Origin: an uncultured archaeon
Lineage (GTDB): Archaea; Asgardarchaeota; Lokiarchaeia; Sigyniarchaeales; SOKP01
Assembly: GCA_964388035.1 (NCBI GenBank)
Contig: CAYLZE010000081.1
Location: 1 to 23,286 of the forward strand
DNA: 23,286 nucleotides
Reading direction: 5' to 3'
The translations under genes and the position numbers were made by a program. Below, piece by piece: positions 16,389 through 23,286 of the stretch (position 1 is the first letter of the stretch; the number at the start of each line of letters is the position of its first letter). The notes under the pieces are model-generated. The model had not been told where the DNA came from and did not search any database. It saw only the letters and a list, made by a program, of their open reading frames with translations.

Positions 16389-17602
16389 TCCAATTCATAA
16401 TTTACGGGAATCTTAATTCTATTCCCCGATTCTGCAGATAAATAGGCAGAATACATGACTTTAGTCGTCCAAATGGCAAGATCCAAATTGGATTGAGGTT
16501 CTTTATCTTCTTGTATACATTTCATAAAATCTTGCATTTCAAAAGGATAACCTGTCATCCAATCCTCATCGGGTTGAGCAAAATTCCACCCGGCTTTTGT
16601 TTCAGTTTTTTCAATTGTATAGGCATTCTTAAATTGATTTTCAGTTGGAGCATAAGCCATGAGAGAATTATTATTAGAAATCTTGCATTCTATGCGGGTG
16701 GTACTTGCATAAATATTCATCCAATTTTCGATACCGCCTAATGTCACGTCAGAACCAAATACTACCGTATTAGTCCCGTCCTCAAAAGTGATTATTCCAC
16801 ACGACCAATCTTCCACATCTTTAGGTCGGGAACGAATATAATCCTGATCAGATGGAAGAATAGTTAGTAATTCCCTACATTTCGCAGTAATCGCGACTAC
16901 AGAGCCCGGGTAAATGGGTTTATTGTCTCTAATTAAGCCTTCCCACATTTTCAAATGGAGAGCGGCCCCATAAGGATGAGCTCCCATTCTCAACAAGGAA
17001 CCTCCTCCCGTGTATTTCCATTCCGAAGCGAATCTTGAATGAGATCCCGAATGGCTTTCTCCGCATCTGATCTCCAAGATTTTTCCTTTGGATTCTTTTA
17101 AAAGATTTTTTGCTTTAGTTATGGGAGGGGCATAGACCCAATTTTCGGCATAACAGAAACGGGTTCCCGATTTTTGGAACGCTTTATCAATTTTCTCGCA
17201 GTCTTCTAAGGTTTTTTTCAACATGAACATCTTGTCCGTAAAACCCACGTTCTCTCTTTCTTCAATTGTGATTTCCGGATTTCCAAAATAACCGGTAAGA
17301 GGTTTTTCACATATCACGTGCTTACCCTGTTCTGCTGCCAGGATGGCAAAAGGGACGTGAAGATAAGTAGGTACGACCAAGTCAATGACCTCAGCTTTTA
17401 ACTCACGAATAAGTTTTTCAGCGTTTTCATATATAATATCAATATCTAATTCATGATCTCTACAGAAGATTTCCGATCTTTCCCAATGTTGGGAAGTTAA
17501 TCCCGCAATTTCAACTTTTATCCCCGGGATTTTATGATAAGCTTCCAAATGAAGATTTGCAGCAAATCCTACTCCTATCAATCCAATTTTAATTTCATCC
17601 AA
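16385..17602 (-). CDS. Gfo/Idh/MocA family NAD(P)-dependent oxidoreductase
   Basis: IGLIGVGFAA..H, VPTYLH, GKHVICEKPL, YAEN, GGGSLLRMGAHP, VEDW; TTG start. Confidence 0.93.
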   Translation of the reverse strand: MDEIKIGLIGVGFAANLHLEAYHKIPGIKVEIAGLTSQHWERSEIFCRDHELDIDIIYENAEKLIRELKAEVIDLVVPTYLHVPFAILAAEQGKHVICEKPLTGYFGNPEITIEERENVGFTDKMFMLKKTLEDCEKIDKAFQKSGTRFCYAENWVYAPPITKAKNLLKESKGKILEIRCGESHSGSHSRFASEWKYTGGGSLLRMGAHPYGAALHLKMWEGLIRDNKPIYPGSVVAITAKCRELLTILPSDQDYIRSRPKDVEDWSCGIITFEDGTNTVVFGSDVTLGGIENWMNIYASTTRIECKISNNNSLMAYAPTENQFKNAYTIEKTETKAGWNFAQPDEDWMTGYPFEMQDFMKCIQEDKEPQSNLDLAIWTTKVMYSAYLSAESGNRIKIPVNYELE

Positions 17603-17632
17603 CTATTTTCACCAAATATGAATAAATAAAAT

Positions 17633-18493
17633 TCACTCTAACTCCTTTAACCAAATCGAGAGAGTCTCTAAACTTTTTTTGGAGATTACTTCTTTATTTC
17701 TCAGTGCGTGGGTTTCTAATATGAAATTGCCCTCAAAATTATTTCTAAAAGCTTGTTCAAGAAGAGGTTTATAATTTATTTTTCCTTCCCCAACAGTTGT
17801 AAAAATTGCTCCTAATATAGGAATCCTTCTCTTAGGGTCCTTAACATGCATGTGAGCAACCAGGTTCTGTTCGTAGAAATAATCATACGCTTCGGGTAAT
17901 GTGGATTCTTTATCCATAAAAAAATTGCCGGGATCGAGGAGCAGTTTAATTGAAGTAGAATTAATTTCTTTAAAAAATTTTTTAGTTTCCTCGATCTTAC
18001 TGACAATGAGACCGTGATCATTCTCCAATAATAATATCTTTTTCCTTTCTTGTGCTTTCTGAATGCATGGACGTAAAATTTCAATCATTTCATTCCATTG
18101 ATGCTGGGTTGTTTTCAGACTTAACTTGAAAAATGAAAAAATGCGAATATAAGGTGTATTAAAAAAATCTGAGATTTCGATAATTCTATCAAACAAGGAT
18201 AAATTAAATTCCGGGTTTCTGGAAAGACTCTTTTTTTTTGAGGTTGCAAGATGAGAGCTCGGTAAAACACATTTAGCAAATGGGCTTGTTATTACTATAA
18301 CCTTAATTTGGTACTTCTCCAATAGTCCTTTTAATTGTTTTAATTCTTCATCCGTAAATAAAGCGATATTCTTATTCCAAATAGTTCGGAGATCCACTTG
18401 TTTAATTCCAAACTCTGAAGTGGTCTTAAGGGCATTCTCAAAATCCTGACTTATTTCATCAGTTATTACAGATAGGTGGTTTAATTTACTCAT
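17633..18493 (-). CDS. Sugar phosphate isomerase/epimerase (AP endonuclease 2 / xylose isomerase-like TIM barrel)
   Basis: ITDEISQD, IRIFSF, LLLEN, LLDPGN, HMHVKD, VGEGKINY, ILETH metal-ligand pattern. Confidence 0.88.
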   Translation of the reverse strand: MSKLNHLSVITDEISQDFENALKTTSEFGIKQVDLRTIWNKNIALFTDEELKQLKGLLEKYQIKVIVITSPFAKCVLPSSHLATSKKKSLSRNPEFNLSLFDRIIEISDFFNTPYIRIFSFFKLSLKTTQHQWNEMIEILRPCIQKAQERKKILLLENDHGLIVSKIEETKKFFKEINSTSIKLLLDPGNFFMDKESTLPEAYDYFYEQNLVAHMHVKDPKRRIPILGAIFTTVGEGKINYKPLLEQAFRNNFEGNFILETHALRNKEVISKKSLETLSIWLKELE

Positions 18494-18509
18494 TTTTTTC
18501 TCTCCTAAC

Positions 18510-19316
18510 TTAAGGTTCTTTAAGCAATTCTTCTAAGATTTTCCCATCTTCCATGCAATGCTCGAATTTACCAAAACCAACTGCAAGATAGTCATTCTTT
18601 TTGATATTTTGAAGACAATATTGTAATCCCTCTCTTGGTTGAATCCTTCCTGCGCCCATGGGTTTTATGTTAATAATCTGCTGGGGTGTTTCTTGGATCA
18701 CTTTAATTAAATCCCCGGGATTAGCATTTGATTGAAATCCTATTTTATTAAGGGGTTGCGTGATTAGAGGGGCATCATAGTTGTTTTTTTGCACAGCTTT
18801 TATCGTTTCGATATAATGTGTTGACAATCCCGGTATCATGCCCTTATCTCTGATGTATGAGCTCAGTTCTGGATAAGGAGGTAATCCTTTTTTATTTTTT
18901 CCAATTGTCAAGGAATTTTTATCTATAGCATGATCAGTATAATTCCTATGCAACAAGCAAACCGATACTTCATTTTGATAACACCAATCTATTTGTTCAT
19001 ACATATTAGTTGACAGGTTTTTGGCTGTTTTTCTACGAGAAGGAGTGCATAACCAATGGAATTTTTCTCCAATTTCTTTTTGAGTTATTTTAATAGCTTC
19101 AAGAATTTTATCCCGAGGAGAAGATATACAACAATTTATCTCATGTTGTTGGTTTAAATAAATCAGAAACTTTGCAATAGTTTTAGGTTCTTTAAATCTT
19201 CTTAGATGTAAATATATATCTATGGGATTCCATCTATGTGTAATTCCAACGAATTGATTTGTTCCACATACAATTTTTGATAACTTGAGATTTTCAAGCG
19301 AAATTTTGGGTATCAT
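18510..19316 (-). CDS. Aldo/keto reductase-like TIM-barrel protein
   Basis: LSKIVCGTNQF.G, GMIPGLSTH, PLNKIGF, NIKPMGAGR. Confidence 0.6.
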   Translation of the reverse strand: MIPKISLENLKLSKIVCGTNQFVGITHRWNPIDIYLHLRRFKEPKTIAKFLIYLNQQHEINCCISSPRDKILEAIKITQKEIGEKFHWLCTPSRRKTAKNLSTNMYEQIDWCYQNEVSVCLLHRNYTDHAIDKNSLTIGKNKKGLPPYPELSSYIRDKGMIPGLSTHYIETIKAVQKNNYDAPLITQPLNKIGFQSNANPGDLIKVIQETPQQIINIKPMGAGRIQPREGLQYCLQNIKKNDYLAVGFGKFEHCMEDGKILEELLKEP

Positions 19317-19610
19317 TTTACTTTAACTTATTTTTAATTTAAAATTAGTATTAATGCAATTAAAGTTTTAAAATTATTAGTTGATGGTATAATTAATAAG
19401 GTTACATTTTTCATTCTGGTAGATAATAAACTCAATTCAAATAAATGGATGATTAAATAAAAAAGCAAGCCGTTACAAAATATGGGCGTTAAAGGAGTTA
19501 TTATTCATTCCTCCCATCCTCTAAGCATGAAAAAGAATCATATTTTAGAACATGTTTCTTTATTTTAAAATGAAAATTATTATAAGGAATCGCTTAAAAT
19601 ATAAATATTA

Positions 19611-20723
19611 ATGTTAGAAAAAATAGATATTCCTAAATTATTAGATAGATATAACGTTCCAGGAGTTTCAATCTCATTAATTGAAAACTATAAGGTTCTA
19701 AAAATAGCGAATTATGGTTTTGCAAGTATTGAAGATAAACAACCAGTAACTAAAAATACTGTTTTTCAGATAGCATCCATTTCGAAACCTATTTCGACCT
19801 GGGGCGTAATGAAATTAGTGGAAAAAGATTTGATTGATCTTGATGCGCCCATAGAGAATTATCTGAAAAAGTGGCATCTCCCTCCTTCCAAGTTCAATCA
19901 TGATAAAATCACGATGAGAAGATTGCTAAGTCATACTGCAGGACTTTCTTTACATGGATATTCGGGTTTTCATCCTGATCATGAAAAACCTTCTATTGTG
20001 GATTCCCTTTCTGGAAATATCAAGTACCAGAAGGATGCAATTCAATTAAAAATAAAAGAAATAATTAAATCAGATCCAAAAGAAGATGAAAGACCAGTCA
20101 CCGTTTTTGTGGAACCAGGAACACAATTTTCATATTCAGGAGGAGGATATACAATAGCACAACTCATTGTTGAAGAAATAACGGATCAAAATTTTGCGGA
20201 ATACATGGAAAATGAAATATTAAAACCCTTAGGCATGAATCAAAGTAGCTTCTCGTGGCGTGAAGATTTAAAACCATTAACGGCAAAAGCTTATTTCTTT
20301 TACAGTGAGATTGTACCAAATTATCTTTTTACCGCTTTAGCGGCAGCAGGTTGTTATTCTACTACTGTTGATTTGTCAAAATTTGTCTTAGCTAGCATGA
20401 AAGGTTCTAATGGGGAATTGCCCGGTAGGGGTATCCTAAAGCCTGAAACCATTGAAATGATGCATAAAATATATTTTGAAACAAAAGATCCTTTATCCAT
20501 TAATTCCCATATGGGATTAGGATACTTTATCATGCCATTAAATGGGTATAAGATTGTTAACCATAGCGGAGGAAATATTGGATGGAATACACAAATGATG
20601 TTCATTCCCGAATCTGGAGATGGATTGATTGTTTTCACCAACGGTCAAAATGGTATTAAATTAACTCTAACCTTAACCGCTAAATGGCTAAAACATGTTG
20701 AAAAAAAACTACTTTCAAAATAA
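19611..20723 (+). CDS. Serine hydrolase, beta-lactamase class C-like family
   Basis: VPGVSISL, FQIASISK (SxxK), LLSHTAG, FSYSGGGY, PLGM, HSGGN.G; no signal peptide seen. Confidence 0.92.
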   Translation: MLEKIDIPKLLDRYNVPGVSISLIENYKVLKIANYGFASIEDKQPVTKNTVFQIASISKPISTWGVMKLVEKDLIDLDAPIENYLKKWHLPPSKFNHDKITMRRLLSHTAGLSLHGYSGFHPDHEKPSIVDSLSGNIKYQKDAIQLKIKEIIKSDPKEDERPVTVFVEPGTQFSYSGGGYTIAQLIVEEITDQNFAEYMENEILKPLGMNQSSFSWREDLKPLTAKAYFFYSEIVPNYLFTALAAAGCYSTTVDLSKFVLASMKGSNGELPGRGILKPETIEMMHKIYFETKDPLSINSHMGLGYFIMPLNGYKIVNHSGGNIGWNTQMMFIPESGDGLIVFTNGQNGIKLTLTLTAKWLKHVEKKLLSK

Positions 20724-20828
20724 TTCTTTAATCAATATCATGAAGGTCTAAAGAAAAAAAAAACAATGGTATTTTTATTAGTCCTTGGTCTTTCAAATTA
20801 CAAGTTCTTTATATAAAAAAGAAACAAT

Positions 20829-22133
20829 TTATTTGAAAGGATCTTTATCTTGAAATATTTTTTCTTTATAGCTAGCTAAAGGGGGAGGACATAAACCGTA
20901 TTCAGTGGCGATGTGCTTTAATTGTTTCATCATTTCTCCTAAATTTATTTCAACAGGACACCAATTTGCGCAGTTTTCACAGCTCGTGCATAAAAATAAT
21001 CCGTCCTTTACTGCCTCTTCAATACCATTATGAATATAATCTCTTATGATGTTTATTGCCCCAATTCCATATTTTGAGGCATAAATATTTCCAAACGCGC
21101 GAGATGCAGTACACACGAAATCACACGATTTACAGGAAATACATTTAAGGATGTCCTTATAGAATTTATTTTCTTTGACTGCTTTGATTCTCCAATCATC
21201 CACCAAAATGACTACGACTTCTTTTGCACCATACATTCCCATAACGCGTTTTCCTTTGATATCAGATGTATTCGATGGAGCTGAAATAAGACTTATGTAG
21301 GCTCCATCAACATTAGTGATCCGTTCTTGAATTTTTGCAACCATCAAGGCATCGAACACGTCGGGGACAATTTTACCAATCCCTGCTACTACTATATGTT
21401 TTTCTGTAGCTCTAGTTAATATACTAATGTTTCCTTCATTTTCAACCAATACAATAGAGCCATCATGGGCTGCAATAGCATTAGCTGAAGTCAGAGAAAC
21501 TTTAACTTTGTTTAATAGCTCTGGTCTATAGGTTTCTCGAAAATATTGAACGATAGCTTCCGCCTTTGGTTCGATTTCCACGCCATATTTTTCTTTGATC
21601 TTTGCAACAATTTCTTCTTCTGTGAACTGTATTCCAGGACCTAGTGTAAAGCTCGGATGTTCATAACCAAGTAATTGGCACATGACATCTCCTAAATCCG
21701 TTTCTTTAATTTCGATATTATTCTTCTTTAAAATATCTATAATCCCCGTATCCTTAGCTTCTAAGGATTTAGATTTATATATGACCTTTTGATCTCCTAA
21801 CTCTTTCATGAATATTTCCTGTGCTTCTTGATTTGTCTTGGCTAAATATACTCGGAACTTGTTCGTTTTTTCCATTACATTAAGGCATTTATTGACATAA
21901 GCTTCAATATTCTCAATAAAATCGTTTCGCATGGCAATTAATTGGGGTTTATATTTATTAACAAATTCTCTGCTAGTATCATCGTAAAGGTATCTTAAGT
22001 CAAACGAGCGATATTTTCCCAAACATGCTAGCTTCCAGAGTTCTCCGAATTTACTATACGCTGAATTCTCATCTTTAAGCATTTCTATCTTGGACTTCAC
22101 ATCTTCATATAACTTTTTTCCTTGTTCACTCAT
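20829..22133 (-). CDS. lutB: LUD-domain Fe-S protein (LutB/LldF-like lactate utilization protein)
   Basis: KSKS, ETDLGD, SANAIAA.DGSIVLVENEGN, HIVVAGI.KIVP, TSDI, G.YGAKEV.VILVD; CISCKSC...C and CTSCENC...CP clusters. Confidence 0.85.
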   Translation of the reverse strand: MSEQGKKLYEDVKSKIEMLKDENSAYSKFGELWKLACLGKYRSFDLRYLYDDTSREFVNKYKPQLIAMRNDFIENIEAYVNKCLNVMEKTNKFRVYLAKTNQEAQEIFMKELGDQKVIYKSKSLEAKDTGIIDILKKNNIEIKETDLGDVMCQLLGYEHPSFTLGPGIQFTEEEIVAKIKEKYGVEIEPKAEAIVQYFRETYRPELLNKVKVSLTSANAIAAHDGSIVLVENEGNISILTRATEKHIVVAGIGKIVPDVFDALMVAKIQERITNVDGAYISLISAPSNTSDIKGKRVMGMYGAKEVVVILVDDWRIKAVKENKFYKDILKCISCKSCDFVCTASRAFGNIYASKYGIGAINIIRDYIHNGIEEAVKDGLFLCTSCENCANWCPVEINLGEMMKQLKHIATEYGLCPPPLASYKEKIFQDKDPFK

Positions 22134-22876
22134 TTTAACGGGTCGCCTCCTTCCATTAATTTTACAATAAAATCTTCAAATTTAATGATAGGTTTTTTGA
22201 TATTATTTTCATCGTGTATCCGCTTTAATGCGGTATAACAGAAAGGACAGGCCGTCAACAATGCTTTACCTTTTCGCATCTGATCGAATATGGTCTTCCC
22301 ATTATAGTCACTATTCTCTTTAAAAATAGAATAAACTCCGCCTCCCGCTCCGCAACATATAGAATTTAACCCACTGTTTTCCATCTCAAAAATCTCAACA
22401 TTTTCTATGGAATTGATGATTTTTCTTGGCTCCTCAATTAGTGGAGGATTGGCATTCTTTAAGTGGCAAGCGTCATGATAATTCACGTATAGTTTGCTTT
22501 TATCATATTTTAAGTTTAACTTTTTCAAATTTTCATCTTCAGCCATTAGTTGTAAGAGATGTTTCACTTTCACATTGAATTCTCCGTTTAAAAACTCCTT
22601 ATAACCTGTTAAATACCTATAACAACCCGCACAGATGGTTACTAACTCATTCACGTGATGATCTTTGAACCATTGATTAACCTCTTCCACGTGTTTTTTA
22701 AGCTCTGCTTGGCTGGCAACATGAAAAGATAATGATCCACAACAAGGGGTATCATCAATAACTTCATACTCTGAATCAAGTTGGTTTATTATTTTTAATG
22801 CATTTTCACATGTCTCTTTATATCTATTCCGGGAGAGGCACCCTAAAAATATTAATTTTGTCATTTCGTAACTCAT
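22130..22876 (-). CDS. CCG-domain Fe-S protein (LutA/GlcF/HdrB-D-like)
   Basis: FLGC, CCGS, CAGC, YHDACHL, CCGAGGG, TACPFC; ATGA stop/start overlap with lutB-like gene. Confidence 0.88.
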   Translation of the reverse strand: MSYEMTKLIFLGCLSRNRYKETCENALKIINQLDSEYEVIDDTPCCGSLSFHVASQAELKKHVEEVNQWFKDHHVNELVTICAGCYRYLTGYKEFLNGEFNVKVKHLLQLMAEDENLKKLNLKYDKSKLYVNYHDACHLKNANPPLIEEPRKIINSIENVEIFEMENSGLNSICCGAGGGVYSIFKENSDYNGKTIFDQMRKGKALLTACPFCYTALKRIHDENNIKKPIIKFEDFIVKLMEGGDPLK

Positions 22877-23085
22877 TTTTTTATTTGTATTTCATGATTA
22901 ATAATTATTATCATATTTCCTAAGAAATAAAATCGCAACTTAAGGTAAAAAAAATAAAATACTAATTTGATTTCCTGGTATAGGAATAGAATTTATTATA
23001 GGTAAAAGGATAAGAAAAATAAGTCAATTTTAAGATAAGGAATGAGATAAATAATTTTTTATATTCAAGAGTGTTGATTTTAACT

Positions 23086-23286
23086 TCAATTTTTTGAGCT
23101 TTCTTTATTCGGGGAGAGTAAATTAATGTCATAAGGTAAAATGGCATCATCAGGAATAGGATCGATGTATACACTCCGAAAGTCGGGATTTTGCATCCTG
23201 CAACAAGTAGCTCTATAATTATATGCCTCATGAGTTGCCATCCGCTTCCAAATTTTCTTTAAGGGTTCATTCCGGATGTTTCCAAA
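23086..23286 (-). CDS. C-terminal fragment of a radical SAM/SPASM-domain protein (5' end outside window)
   Basis: Not in ORF track; read manually as FGNIRNEPLKKIWKRMATHEAYNYRATCCRMQNPDFR...KN*, with TGA at 23088-23086; GNI...L..IW is the SPASM/twitch signature. Confidence 0.75.
   Translation of the reverse strand, partial: FGNIRNEPLKKIWKRMATHEAYNYRATCCRMQNPDFRSVYIDPIPDDAILPYDINLLSPNKESSKN

Noticed and set aside
123-20641. Other short overlapping ORFs (123..317, 226..492, 432..635, 1316..1501, 2006..2239, 4690..4929, 7414..7626, 7776..8111, 8129..8314, 11383..11583, 13308..13493, 13322..13642, 15205..15432, 15592..15858, 16493..16741, 17812..18084, 20354..20641)
   Set aside because: All overlap better-supported genes antisense or out of frame and show no recognisable motifs
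19611-20723. True beta-lactamase resistance gene
   Set aside because: The SxxK family includes many esterases and peptidases; it has YSG rather than YxN and no signal peptide
22962-23231. 89-aa ORF in the track
   Set aside because: Overlaps the SPASM-like frame, has no motif and runs into AT-rich intergenic sequence
1-23286. CRISPR arrays, tRNA/rRNA genes, IS elements or integrases
   Set aside because: No regularly spaced repeats, no GC-rich structured RNA stretch and no transposase or recombinase motifs seen

Overview
AT-rich prokaryotic window. Gene content, GGTGA/GAGGTG Shine-Dalgarno motifs and frequent TTG starts suggest an anaerobic archaeon, most likely Asgard/Lokiarchaeia (inference). 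Positions ~730-9000 form a Cys-rich, ArsR-controlled metalloid-resistance locus: two ArsR regulators, Acr3, DUF5714, four DGC-domain proteins (one fused to a GcvH lipoyl-carrier domain), a lipoate-protein ligase, a stand-alone HdrA N-terminal domain, a 2x[4Fe-4S] ferredoxin and a CxC protein. Inside it is the most striking feature: a MoaD/ubiquitin-like (beta-grasp) ORF whose apparent stop is TGA-TGA in the register of the usual C-terminal Gly-Gly. The frame stays open for 37 more codons and is followed directly by a kink-turn AUGA/GA hairpin resembling a eukaryote-type SECIS, making it a candidate tandem-selenocysteine protein. The rest is housekeeping or catabolic: hisS, a non-pyrrolysine MttB, a QueG-like Fe-S protein, a GH4 glycosidase, a sugar-oxidoreductase operon, a serine hydrolase, LutA/LutB-like genes and a partial radical SAM/SPASM gene. 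All family calls come from motif recognition by eye, not database searches.
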